DNA of 64,000 nucleotides, taken from NCBI GenBank assembly GCA_963845245.1, contig CAWJRJ010000021.1:96001-160000 (forward strand). The letters are read 5' to 3'. The notes under the pieces are model-generated. The model ran no database searches. It was given only the letters and a program-made list of their open reading frames with translations, and was not told the origin of the DNA. Made by a program: the position numbers and the translations under genes. Shown here piece after piece: positions 11,329 to 20,397 of this stretch. Source of the stretch: Nitrospirota bacterium. GTDB taxonomy: Bacteria > Nitrospirota > JACRHJ01. The stretch's first letter is position 1. Every line of letters begins with the position of its first letter.

Positions 11329-11810
11329 TTCGTCCCCTGCATTCTTTCTTTTTCCAAAATATAATCTATCTTATCCGGCGTCAGGTTGCCGTATAGTGTC
11401 TCGCCAACCATCATCGCGGGCGCGACATGGCAGGCCCCTAGGCAGACTATCGGCAGCAGCGTGAACGCCCCATCTTCGGTCGTACCGCCGAGATTCACGC
11501 CGAGCCGTTGTTTCAGGTGCTCGAAGACGTCATCCATGCCCATGACCCAGCAGGAGATGCTGTCGCAGACGAGTATAACCTTCCGGCCTACGGCCCGCCT
11601 GAATATAAGGTTGTAGAAGGTGGCGAGTTCCTCAACCTTGATTGGCGGGACGCCGGTTATGTCGGCCACGAGCTTTACGCCGTCGTCGCTCAGCCAGCCG
11701 TTTGCGCGCTGCACCTCGTGCATCACGTCTACTATCGCCTCTTCCGGGTGTTCAAGACCGGATATATGCGCCTTAAGCTCTGTTATCTTCTCTATCGGGA
11801 GCAGGTTCAT
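11325..11810 (-). CDS. nuoE: NADH-quinone oxidoreductase subunit E
   Basis: [14 protein letters not shown] and [11 protein letters not shown] [2Fe-2S] motifs. Confidence 0.94.
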   Translation of the reverse strand: MNLLPIEKITELKAHISGLEHPEEAIVDVMHEVQRANGWLSDDGVKLVADITGVPPIKVEELATFYNLIFRRAVGRKVILVCDSISCWVMGMDDVFEHLKQRLGVNLGGTTEDGAFTLLPIVCLGACHVAPAMMVGETLYGNLTPDKIDYILEKERMQGTN

Positions 11811-14230
11811 CTGTCTATGTCCGCCATAACGTAGTCGACCGCGCCAGAGATTGCGATGAGGTCCGATATCAACCAGCCCTTAGCCAGCCAGGGTATCATC
11901 TGGATGTGCGCAAAGTCCGCGCCGCGCACACGTACCCTGTACGGGTAGTTGAGGCCGTCCGAGACGACATAGTACCCATATTCGCCCCTTGGGCCTTCGA
12001 TGCTCGAATAACACTCGCCCTTCGGCGGCGTCAGGCCACGGCTCACGTTCACGAAGTGATGTATCAGGCTCTCTATGTCCTTCATCGTGTCTTCCTTCTG
12101 GGGAAGGCAGTAGCGGTAGTCGTCGGTTATCCATCGGCCCGGCGGCATATCGCGTACTGCCTGCGCTATGATGCGCGTGCTCTGGCGCATCTCCTCCAGC
12201 CGCACGAGGTAGCGGTCGTAGCAGTCGCCGGATTTCCCGGTCGGTATCTCAAAATCGAATGCGCCGTATGCGGAATACGGCATCTTCTTCCGAAGGTCCC
12301 ACTCCATTCCCGCCGCACGGAGGTTCGGCCCGGTGACACCCCAGTCCACCGCGTCCGCCTGGCTGAGCGCCCCGACGCCCTTCGTCCTGGCCGCGAAAAT
12401 CACGCTCTTCGTGAGCAGGCTGGCGTACTCTTCTATCCGGGCCGGGAACATCTTTATGAAAGATTCCACCATTTCTTTCCAGCCCTCCGGGAGGTCCTGC
12501 GCCACGCCGCCGATCCGGAACCAGCTCGGGTGCAGCCTGCCGCCGGTGATGAGCTCGACGATGTCCATGATAAGCTCACGGTCACGGAAACAGTAGAAGA
12601 CTGGCGTCATCGCGCCTATGTCGTGTGCGTACGTACCGAGCCATACCAGATGGCTGGAGAGCCGAAACAGCTCGCAGAGCATGACACGTATGTACTCGGC
12701 TCGGTCCGGCGGCTTCACGCCCAGGAGCCTCTCCACCGAGTTCAGGTAGGCGAGGTTGTTGTTGACTCCCGCGAGGTACTCTGCCCTGTCCGTGTATACC
12801 ACGTACTGGTGCCAGGACTGTCTCTCGCCTGTCTTCTCGTTCGCGCGGTGATGGTATCCTATGTCCACGGCACTGTCCACTATCTGCTCGCCCTTCAGCT
12901 TCAGGCAGTAGCGCACGATGCCGTGGGTCCCGACGTGGTGCGGGCCGAAGTTGAGGTAGGAGAAGTCCTGCCCGTCATCCGGTGAGTTCACGTCGTCTTC
13001 AAAATAAGACATTATGTCGCGGGGGTTCTTGCTACTTGCGTCCTCCGTGGTGTAGGGGGCCATCTCCGTCGCGCGGTAAGGGTGGTTCTTCCGCAGGGGA
13101 TGGCCCACCCAGTCCTCCGGCATTATGAGCCGCCTCAACTCCGGGTGGCCCTTGAACTTTATGCCGAACATGTCGTAGACTTCGCGTTCGTAGAAGTTTG
13201 CCGAGGGCCAGACGCCTGTTGCCGTTGGTACCGAGGGATACTCGCCTTCGAGCTCGGACTTTATCCGAATGTAACCTCGGGCGTCGAAAGAGAACAGGGT
13301 GTGTACGAGCGTGAAGTCCTTGTAGGTTGCACGGTCCCTGCGGACCGATTCGTCCACGGCTGTCAGGTCTTCAAGCCTCTGGAACCTGACAGGGGCCTTG
13401 TGCTTGAGGAATGAAAGCACCTCGGGAAGCTTATCCGGGTGGGCCTTTATGGTGTAGATATCCTTGGCCGTGGGGTCTTCGATAATGGCGTCCCCGAACT
13501 CCGCCTTGAGCGGGCCGATAAGTGCTGCTATGCCCTCCGGGAAGTCCCGTTTGGGCTGCGGAGGTGTCCACATGAGCGGCGCCCTGCTGCCCCACAGATG
13601 TGGCGGATGTACCTCCGTTCCGCGCATTGCGCTGCCCTCGCAGCCGGGGCCCCTGCCGTCCCTGGATTTGCTGATTCCGTCAACCAGAACCGGCTTTGTT
13701 GTACCTTGTGTCCCGCCCTTTATGTGGAGGGTCGGCCGCAAAGGCCTCTCCTTGGCCGATATCTTCTCCTGGAGCATGACGAGCGCCCGGAGGACTTCCT
13801 CAGGTCTTGGCGGGCAGCCCGGTATGTAGACGTCCACCGGCAATATCTGGTTGATGCCCTGCACGACGCTGTAGACGTCGAACATGCCGCCTGAATTGGA
13901 ACAGGAGCCCATGGACACGACCCATCTGGGCTCGGCCATCTGCTCGTACAGCCTGTAGATCGCTGGGGTGATCTTCTTGAAGACGGTGCCTGCGATGAAC
14001 ATGACGTCGGCCTGGCGGGGCGAACCGCGCATGACCTCCGCGCCGAAGCGTGCCATGTCGTAGCGGGGCGTGAGGGTGTTGGTGAACTCGATGAAGCAGC
14101 ATGAGGTGCCGAAGAACATCGGCCAGAGGCTGTTCTTGCGCCCCCAGTTCAGGCCGTTGTTCAGGATGTCCTCAATGGAGCCCAGGACCACTCCTGCCGC
14201 GCCATTCCTTATTTCTGTTTCGGTCCCCAT
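11807..14230 (-). CDS. nuoBCD: Fused NADH-quinone oxidoreductase subunit B/C/D
   Basis: NuoB ([28 protein letters not shown]), NuoC ([20 protein letters not shown]) and NuoD (NFGPHH..THG, ADIDR) in one 807-aa frame. Confidence 0.95.
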   Translation of the reverse strand: MGTETEIRNGAAGVVLGSIEDILNNGLNWGRKNSLWPMFFGTSCCFIEFTNTLTPRYDMARFGAEVMRGSPRQADVMFIAGTVFKKITPAIYRLYEQMAEPRWVVSMGSCSNSGGMFDVYSVVQGINQILPVDVYIPGCPPRPEEVLRALVMLQEKISAKERPLRPTLHIKGGTQGTTKPVLVDGISKSRDGRGPGCEGSAMRGTEVHPPHLWGSRAPLMWTPPQPKRDFPEGIAALIGPLKAEFGDAIIEDPTAKDIYTIKAHPDKLPEVLSFLKHKAPVRFQRLEDLTAVDESVRRDRATYKDFTLVHTLFSFDARGYIRIKSELEGEYPSVPTATGVWPSANFYEREVYDMFGIKFKGHPELRRLIMPEDWVGHPLRKNHPYRATEMAPYTTEDASSKNPRDIMSYFEDDVNSPDDGQDFSYLNFGPHHVGTHGIVRYCLKLKGEQIVDSAVDIGYHHRANEKTGERQSWHQYVVYTDRAEYLAGVNNNLAYLNSVERLLGVKPPDRAEYIRVMLCELFRLSSHLVWLGTYAHDIGAMTPVFYCFRDRELIMDIVELITGGRLHPSWFRIGGVAQDLPEGWKEMVESFIKMFPARIEEYASLLTKSVIFAARTKGVGALSQADAVDWGVTGPNLRAAGMEWDLRKKMPYSAYGAFDFEIPTGKSGDCYDRYLVRLEEMRQSTRIIAQAVRDMPPGRWITDDYRYCLPQKEDTMKDIESLIHHFVNVSRGLTPPKGECYSSIEGPRGEYGYYVVSDGLNYPYRVRVRGADFAHIQMIPWLAKGWLISDLIAISGAVDYVMADIDR

Positions 14231-14646
14231 TCAAGGCCTTTCTTTTTCCAGACATAGACGAGACCGGCAAACAGCGTGACGATGAAAAACGTGATATAGG
14301 CGTAGCCCGCCCAGCCCAGTATGTCGAAGGCGACGGCCCAGGAATAGACGAATACCGCTTCGAGGTCGAAGATGATGAAGAAGATGGCGACGAGATAGAA
14401 CTGGACGGGGACCCTCAGGCGCGCTCGTCCTGTCGGTATCACTCCCGACTCGTATGGGCGGTCCTTTTCGGGCGTGTGCCTCTTCTGCCCGAGCCATGTC
14501 GCAAGGAACATGAGCAGGCCCAGGATGACGACCACCATTATCGTATAAATGCCGAGGCTTGCGAGGTCGGTGCCCGAGGTTGGCTTCTCGCCGGCCGAAG
14601 CAGTAAACAACTGGAGTATATTGTGCTGGTTGAACATTAGTTCCAA
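14209..14646 (-). CDS. nuoA: NADH-quinone oxidoreductase subunit A
   Basis: [25 protein letters not shown] and GLEW motifs; exact start uncertain. Confidence 0.93.
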   Translation of the reverse strand: MELMFNQHNILQLFTASAGEKPTSGTDLASLGIYTIMVVVILGLLMFLATWLGQKRHTPEKDRPYESGVIPTGRARLRVPVQFYLVAIFFIIFDLEAVFVYSWAVAFDILGWAGYAYITFFIVTLFAGLVYVWKKKGLEWGPKQK

Positions 14647-14671
14647 TCCGGATTTATGAAGTTATCTTCTA

Positions 14672-14700
14672 AATTTACAGGTGCGGGAACCCTTTGTCAA
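14672..14700 (-). promoter_or_regulatory. sigma70-type promoter of nuo operon
   Basis: TTGACA-17 nt-TAAATT on the minus strand just upstream of nuoA. Confidence 0.6.
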
Positions 14701-14816
14701 GGATAAGCATCGGCTAATAATTATGTGTCTATAACCTTATTTTTGTTGTAAACGATAAAAGCTAATTGTATATTATAAAAACTTTCCCGAAATCTACCCA
14801 CAACCAAGGAGGTTTT

Positions 14817-16259
14817 ATGGAAGAAAAGAAGTCGGGTCTCTCCGAAGACTGGCTGGCGGTAATCATCGGCCTTGCCATCTTCCTGCTTTCCATGTTGGCG
14901 TTCACCGGCTTTGAGGTCTTTGGCTGGGGTATCAAGACCAAGGTCTGGATGGACCCCTCAAAGATCATGTCGCCCGTCTCCGACAGATTCCATATCCCCG
15001 GTATTCTCTCGCTCATCCTCACCTACGTTTTTACGACAATCATACTCTCCATCGGCGCGAAGGCGATGAAGTTGGACGTCAAGAAGTTCGTGGTCGGCTT
15101 CTCCCTGGTCTTTTTCATCAGTTATGCCTGCTGGGCTACGGGCCATTTCGCGTACATCGCCGCGACTCCGGACCAGCTTGCGAAGTTCAATATCCCATGG
15201 TCGCTTAACCTGACGGGTGAGGCGGGCTTCATCATCGCTCTTCTAGCCGGGCTGTTCGTGGGCAACCTGATGCCCGGTCTGGCGGCAAAGATGGAGGAGG
15301 CGATACGGCCCGAGTGGTACATAAAGACCGCCATCGTCATCCTGGGTGCGGGGCTTGGTGTGCGAGGCGCGGAGGCGATGGGGCTGGCGTCCGCTGTAAT
15401 GTTCAGCGGGCTGTGCGCGATCATCGGAGCGTACCTCATCTTCTGGACGCTGACCTATTACATCGCCCGCAGGTTCTTCAAGTTCAACAGGGAGTGGGCG
15501 GCGCCGCTTGCCTCCGGCATATCCATCTGCGGCGTCTCGGCGGCCATAGCAACCGGCGGCGCCATACGCGCCAGGCCCATCATCCCGATCATGGTCTCCT
15601 CGCTCGTCGTCATATTCGCGGTGGTGGAGCTTCTGCTCCTGCCGTTTCTGGCGTCGCACTATCTGTATAAAGAGCCGATGGTCGCGGGCGCATGGATGGG
15701 GCTATCGGTGAAGACGGACGGCGCGGCAGTGGCATCCGGCGCGATAACCGACGCGCTCGTACGCGCGAAGGCGATGGCGGCGGACGGCGTGAACTACAAG
15801 GACGGCTGGATAACGATGGCGGCCACGACTGTCAAGGTGTTCATAGACATGTTCATCGGCGTCTGGGCCTTCATACTCGCGATAATATGGTGCACGTTCA
15901 TCGAGTGCAAGCCGGGCGAGAAGATACGCTTCGGCGAGATATGGGACCGGTTCCCCAAGTTCGTCATGGGTTACGTCCTCACCTTCCTCATCCTGCTCTT
16001 CGTGTGCATACGTAACCCCGGCCTGATCGCGCCCGCGAAGAACGTCACGGCTGGCGGTGACGTGTTCCGTTCGCTCTTCTTCGTCATGACCTTCTTCACG
16101 ATAGGCGTCGTGTCCAACTTCAAGAAGCTCTGGGAGGAGGGCATAGGCAAGCTCGCCGCGATATACGTCATCTGCCTGTTCGGGTACATAGTCTGGATTG
16201 GCCTGGCAATTGCCTGGCTGTTCTTCCACGGGATCAAACCGCCTATCGTCGGCGCATAA
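14817..16259 (+). CDS. YeiH / putative sulfate exporter (PSE) family transporter
   Basis: Polytopic membrane protein with LSEDWLAV, YIKTAIVILG and ASGISICGVSAAIATGGAIRA motifs; AAGGAGG RBS before ATG 14817. Confidence 0.88.
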   Translation: MEEKKSGLSEDWLAVIIGLAIFLLSMLAFTGFEVFGWGIKTKVWMDPSKIMSPVSDRFHIPGILSLILTYVFTTIILSIGAKAMKLDVKKFVVGFSLVFFISYACWATGHFAYIAATPDQLAKFNIPWSLNLTGEAGFIIALLAGLFVGNLMPGLAAKMEEAIRPEWYIKTAIVILGAGLGVRGAEAMGLASAVMFSGLCAIIGAYLIFWTLTYYIARRFFKFNREWAAPLASGISICGVSAAIATGGAIRARPIIPIMVSSLVVIFAVVELLLLPFLASHYLYKEPMVAGAWMGLSVKTDGAAVASGAITDALVRAKAMAADGVNYKDGWITMAATTVKVFIDMFIGVWAFILAIIWCTFIECKPGEKIRFGEIWDRFPKFVMGYVLTFLILLFVCIRNPGLIAPAKNVTAGGDVFRSLFFVMTFFTIGVVSNFKKLWEEGIGKLAAIYVICLFGYIVWIGLAIAWLFFHGIKPPIVGA

Positions 16260-16274
16260 CAGGTTGGGTAACAT

Positions 16275-16322
16275 CCCCCTCTCCCGGCGCAAAGCGCCAC
16301 CCTCCCCCGCGAGGGGTGAGGG
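16275..16322 (-). repeat. GC-rich REP-like palindromic repeat (family copy)
   Basis: CCCCCTCTCCCGGCGCAAAGCGCCACCCTCCCCCGCGAGGGGTGAGGG; reverse-orientation relative of the copies at 49064 and 51052. Confidence 0.75.
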
Positions 16323-16355
16323 ATAAAGGGTAGGGTGAAATTACAGGAGGATAAA

Positions 16356-16616
16356 ATGGCGGACAAGCCGAACATTTCGGAAGAAATGAAAAAGATGGAT
16401 TACGAGCCTCTTCTCCCGGCGGAGAAGAAGATGATCGTCTATAACCTCGTGATAGGCGTCGTGCTGCTCACGGTGCTGGTCTGGGTGAACCACACCTACT
16501 TCCCGACAACGCAGATACAGGCTCCGGTGGTGGCGCAGCCGGCGGGCCAGACGGCAATCCCGGGCAATCCCGTGGTGCCTGCGGCGAATGCGGCGCCTGT
16601 GGCGCAGGGGAAATAA
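16356..16616 (+). CDS. Small single-TM protein downstream of the YeiH-family transporter
   Basis: AGGAGG RBS; YEPLLPAEKKMIVYNLVIGVVLLTVLVWV followed by a Pro/Ala-rich tail. Confidence 0.8.
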   Translation: MADKPNISEEMKKMDYEPLLPAEKKMIVYNLVIGVVLLTVLVWVNHTYFPTTQIQAPVVAQPAGQTAIPGNPVVPAANAAPVAQGK

Positions 16617-16634
16617 GAGAAAGAGAAGATGGAA

Positions 16635-16670
16635 ATAAAAAAGCCCGCCAGCCGGCGGGCTATTTAATTT
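16635..16670. terminator. Bidirectional intrinsic terminator
   Basis: A-tract, AGCCCGCC-AGCC-GGCGGGCT stem-loop and T-rich flank, between convergent genes. Confidence 0.7.
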
Positions 16671-16681
16671 AAAAGCGTAGC

Positions 16682-17636
16682 TTATTTAACGGCCTTCTTT
16701 ATCGCCGCGTCTATCTCTTTCTGTATATCGCCCGGCATGGTCATGTTCTTCATGAATGCCCAGTTGCCCGCGTCCTGGAAGTAGAGCTTCATCCTCCACA
16801 TCTCGGTCAGGATGTTCACGCTGGTCGAGCCGCCCTTCTTGTAGATTACGGCTTCGATGGGGAAGGCCGAGGCGTGGTCAATGCCGGGGCACGGGTTTGT
16901 CTTGTTGGCCCTCGCGTCGCCCGCAATGCCGAATGCGCTTCGCCTCGGTGCTCTGCGTTCGTAAGCCCGACTATGGCAACGTCTCCGGCTGTGTATGAAT
17001 ATATCGGTGTGCCAGCCGGACCTTGTTCGCGACGCCCTTCTTTATCATCTCCGCAACCTCATGGGCTGGCTTGGCGGATGATGCCGCGGTGACTATCTTT
17101 TCCGCAAACGGACCGCCGCCCATGCCGGTGATCTCGCCTGAGTCGCGAAGCTGGCCGATCTGCTTCATGGATACCGGCCCGACCGCCTTCAGGGCCGCCG
17201 CCACCTCATCGACAACCTTCTGGGCGGGCTCGTCCATGGAGTTGCCCCGGAATATGGTGCGGTTGACGGATACCGGGTTCATCATCTCAACGTTCGTCCC
17301 TGTCTCGTCCTCGTATACTGAAAGCCGGAGCGGGAGCGCGAACGCCTTGTCTGGGCCGCCTGCAATGACCCTGGAAGCGTAGGCATCGTTTGTGAATACC
17401 ACGGTGAAGGCCTTGAACCGGCAGCCTGCGGGCGCGCCGTTTTCAAACGAGGCAAGCGGCGTAAAACCCGCTGCCTTGAGCGCGGCCTCTGCTTTTGAGG
17501 CCGTCTGGGCCGGGTCCGCCTTCAGCCCGTGCACCATCTGGACATACACTCCCTGGGTCTTTGCCGCCGCGAAGGCGTTTACGCAGAGCGCCAACACAGC
17601 AATCGCTGTAACCGCTGCCAACCGGATCGTCTTCAT
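16682..17636 (-). CDS. Exported protein with two similar DUF302-like domains (frameshifted ~16930-17020)
   Basis: Signal peptide MKTIRLAA...AFA. Domain 1 has FALPLRLSVYED...VEMMNP; domain 2 (other frame) has PCPGIDHASAFPIEAVIYK...WRMKLYFQDAG..AFMKNMTMPG. DUF302 assignment is by resemblance only. Confidence 0.65.
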
Positions 17637-17654
17637 TGTTACCTCCTTACAAAT

Positions 17655-17683
17655 AAAAAAAGAGGGGCATAGGCCCCTCTTTT
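17655..17683 (-). terminator. Intrinsic terminator between the FadL-like gene and the exported-protein gene
   Basis: Minus strand AAAAGAGGGGC-CTAT-GCCCCTCTTTTTTT. Confidence 0.7.
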
Positions 17684-17696
17684 AATAAGAACATTG

Positions 17697-18982
17697 TTAG
17701 AACATCATGTTCAGGCCGACCTCGTAGGAGTTTTCGGAAAGCGTGCTTTCAGTAGGTCACACGTCCACCAGTCGGGAGGGGTGCGCTTGTCTCCGATACT
17801 GTTTTCTCGAAAGCGTGCATGTAGCCGACGTTTAAGGAAACTTTCTTAGTGATGTTTATCGCCCAGGCCAGCGGTCACGTGGTGTTCCACGATGGCCGGG
17901 AAGCCGACTATCCTGAAGCCCTCGACAAGCGCGGTGCTGGTCGGGGTGCCTTGGATGTCTGGTCGTTCCGAGGAAGTTAAAACCATTATGCTGCTTGACC
18001 GGGTTGTTGCCGTAGTTGTAGCCCATGCGTATTGCGAGCCAGTCCATCGGCTTTGCCTGCATGCCCACAGCCGCAACCCACTGGTCCTTCCAGCCGAAGT
18101 CCTTGTAGCCGTCGGCATTGCCCCAGTTAAGCCACTTGCCGTTGACTTCCACGAGGAGCTTGTTGGGTATGATGTCATAGGCCACGCCGAGGACTACCTG
18201 CTGGGGCTGCTCAAGGGCCAGCGTTCGTGTCGTCGCTGGCCCAGTGGCCTGGTTGAAGTTCGAATACCCTCTTGAAGGTGTGTTTCTGCGCGGCTCTGGT
18301 AGGTGACGCCGAGGAGAGGGGGTCGATCGGCTTGTATATGACACCGACCTGTGTGCCGACGCCGAAGTTGTGCGCGCTGCCGTCGCCCAGGTCAAGCTGC
18401 GCCCAGTTGATCTGAAGGGCCGCGCCGACGGAGAGGTTCGGGAGTATCCGGTACGCCAGGTTCGGGGCGAACTTCATTATCTGGAGGTCGGTCTTTGATG
18501 TCAAACGGCCCGAAGTCGCCGAACTGGCCGCCGATGTTCTTCAGGTCGGAGTCCTTGTAGTCAACGCCCAGCCCGCTGACGCCGTAGGCCGCAAGGCCGA
18601 ACCTCAGGTCCGGGGTTATCGGGGTGTAGATACCTATCGCCGGGAAGGCGTAAGGCGCGCCCTGGCTGGTCGGATGCATCGTCGATCCGGAGACCTGGCC
18701 CTGAGGCCTGCTAGACGGCAGGGTTACCTTGGCCTTGACTGTCGGGTCAAAGATGGTCGCCGCGAAGTCGACCTCGGACGTCTCGCAGGGAATGTAGCAC
18801 ATCGCGGCGGGGTTGCCGAAGACCGCCGTGATGGCGTCCTGCGGGGCGGCCGCGCCTACGCCGCCCATGGAGCGTGAGATCGTGCCGACACCGATAATGT
18901 TGTCGCCGTTTGTCGCGAATGCGGGTACCGCAAACGCCGCCACGGCCAGGGCCATGACAATGCTGACTGCTAACTTCCTCAT
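17697..18982 (-). CDS. OmpP1/FadL/TodX-family outer-membrane channel (several frameshifts)
   Basis: Signal peptide, then ATNGDNIIGVG..SRSMGGVG..AP.DA...FGNPA plug. Further pieces: YGVSGLGVDY, MKFAPNLAY, LEQPQQ, FGWKDQWV, RMGYNYGNNP; terminal Phe (ENSYEVGLNMMF). Confidence 0.88.
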
Positions 18983-19073
18983 TTTTCCCCCTTTCGATTC
19001 TACGCCGGCCAAATCCGGCGCACCCACAAAGCATGCGGGGGCCTATCCCCCGCACTCAGTTTTACTGCCGGTA

Positions 19074-19547
19074 CTACACGAACAGTGGTATCTGGGCATT
19101 TGCCGCGAACTCGAGGTACATCGCGGCGCCGCCGAATTCAACCCCGTCGATGAAGTCGGACTGCTTCATACCGAAGAGGTCTACGGTCATCTGGCATGCG
19201 ACCATCTTGACGTCGCACATCTGGCACATCTCGACGAGTTTGCGGATCGAGAGCACGTTGTGCTTCTTCATCATGCCCTTCATCATCATGGTGGCCATGG
19301 AGGGCATACCGGGCAGTGTGCCGAGGAAGCCCTGGAACGGTCCGGGCATACCCGGGTTTCCGTGCGGGAACACCATCATGTTGTCCATCCGCTCCTTGTG
19401 TATGATGTTCAGTCCGTAGAATGTGAAGAAAATCTGGGCCTCCATGTCGAGGGCCGAGGCCGCGGTCGCAAGGATCAGCGGCGGGTAGGCCATGTCAAGG
19501 GTGCCCTTCGAGGCTACTATCGCTATTTTGGTCTGCTCTTCTGACAT
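19074..19547 (-). CDS. dsrE2: DsrE/DsrF/DrsH-like (DsrE2-type) sulfur-carrier protein
   Basis: KIAIVASKGTLDMAYPPLILATAASAL, IFFTFYGL, GNPGMP, KMVACQMTVDLF and FIDGVEFGGAA. Closely resembles DsrE2 of rhd-tusA-dsrE2 clusters as recalled. Confidence 0.85.
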   Translation of the reverse strand: MSEEQTKIAIVASKGTLDMAYPPLILATAASALDMEAQIFFTFYGLNIIHKERMDNMMVFPHGNPGMPGPFQGFLGTLPGMPSMATMMMKGMMKKHNVLSIRKLVEMCQMCDVKMVACQMTVDLFGMKQSDFIDGVEFGGAAMYLEFAANAQIPLFV

Positions 19548-19629
19548 TTTAATTTACCTCCTGAATAGAATTAAATCAACAAAATAAAACCTGATGAAAA
19601 TGCTTTTTATTCCACCTCCTATGAAACAG

Positions 19630-19669
19630 AAAAAGCCTTTCCAGATGGACTACATAATCCTGGAAAGGC
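19630..19669 (-). terminator. Intrinsic terminator (attenuator) between the ANTAR gene and dsrE2
   Basis: Minus strand GCCTTTCCAG...CTGGAAAGGC-TTTTT. Confidence 0.85.
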
Positions 19670-19705
19670 CTCGGGACCTTCAATACAGCCGCCATCATGA
19701 GCGGC
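19665..19705 (-). promoter_or_regulatory. Candidate ANTAR-binding twin hexaloop hairpins (antiterminator)
   Basis: P1 GCCGCU-CAUGAU-GGCGGC (19705-19688), 7-nt linker, P2 AAGGU-CCCGAG-GCCUU (19680-19665). The P2 3' arm overlaps the terminator 5' arm. Confidence 0.65.
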
Positions 19706-19739
19706 ATTTATTACAAACCCCGACGGGGGGCTCTAACCT

Positions 19740-20312
19740 CTATATTATCTCATCGGCCGTGATTATCGACTCCGCAACTTTCTCCATCTTTACGTTTTTG
19801 TCACGCGCAAGCTTTTGCAGCCTCAGGAAAGCCTGTTCCTCGCTCAGTGAGCCCCTCTTCATCAGGATGCCCTTTGCACGTTCGACCAGCTTCCGTATCC
19901 TCAAGGCCTCCCTGCATTCGCCGACCTCAGCCCTGAGCACCTGGCACTGCCTGAACCTTGAGATACCGAGCTCTATCGCCCCGAGCAGGCTCTCGCGGGT
20001 TATGGGCCTGAACAGGTGTGCCGAAACCCCGATTGTCTCTGCCTTCATAACCAGGTCTATCTGGCTATGGGTCGAATGCATTATTATAGGGAGAGGCCTT
20101 TCGGCCATCAGCTTTTCAGCTATCGACAGCGAGTCGTCACATGCAAGCGTGACGTCCATCAGTATAGCATCCGGAGACAGGTTGCGCGCGGTCTCGATAG
20201 CGTTGGCACAATCCTGAACTATGGTTACGTCCGTGTAGCCTTCGGCTTTCAGTATACCCGCAAGCCTGCTGGACTGCCTTGAACCGCCTATAATTAAAAC
20301 TTTGTAAGCCAT
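19740..20312 (-). CDS. ANTAR-domain antitermination regulator with degenerate receiver domain (NasT/AmiR-like)
   Basis: REC-like N-terminus (PDAILMD), coiled coil, and ANTAR motif RKLVERAKGILM...LSEEQAFLRLQKLARDKNVKMEKVAESII. Confidence 0.92.
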   Translation of the reverse strand: MAYKVLIIGGSRQSSRLAGILKAEGYTDVTIVQDCANAIETARNLSPDAILMDVTLACDDSLSIAEKLMAERPLPIIMHSTHSQIDLVMKAETIGVSAHLFRPITRESLLGAIELGISRFRQCQVLRAEVGECREALRIRKLVERAKGILMKRGSLSEEQAFLRLQKLARDKNVKMEKVAESIITADEII

Positions 20313-20336
20313 CTTTGTTGTTACTTTTCTTGGGAT

Positions 20337-20365
20337 ATGATAGAGTTTTAAAACAATTTTGTCAA
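20337..20365 (-). promoter_or_regulatory. sigma70-type promoter of the ANTAR-dsrE2 operon
   Basis: TTGACA-17 nt-TATCAT on the minus strand, ~25 nt upstream of the ANTAR start. Confidence 0.7.
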
Positions 20366-20397
20366 GTTTTTTCCCGAGGCCCCGCCTCGATATTTCC

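Noticed and set aside
11906..12985. Long antisense ORFs (this 359-aa one, also 24981..25955, 33714..34853, 46921..47805, 58960..59970 and others)
   Set aside because: Shadows of well-supported genes on the opposite strand in GC-rich DNA; no recognisable motifs.
19576..19707. 43-codon minus-strand ORF (MPLMMAAV...) as a leader peptide for dsrE2
   Set aside because: No RBS and no regulatory codon run; it crosses the terminator. The twin-hairpin model explains the sequence better.
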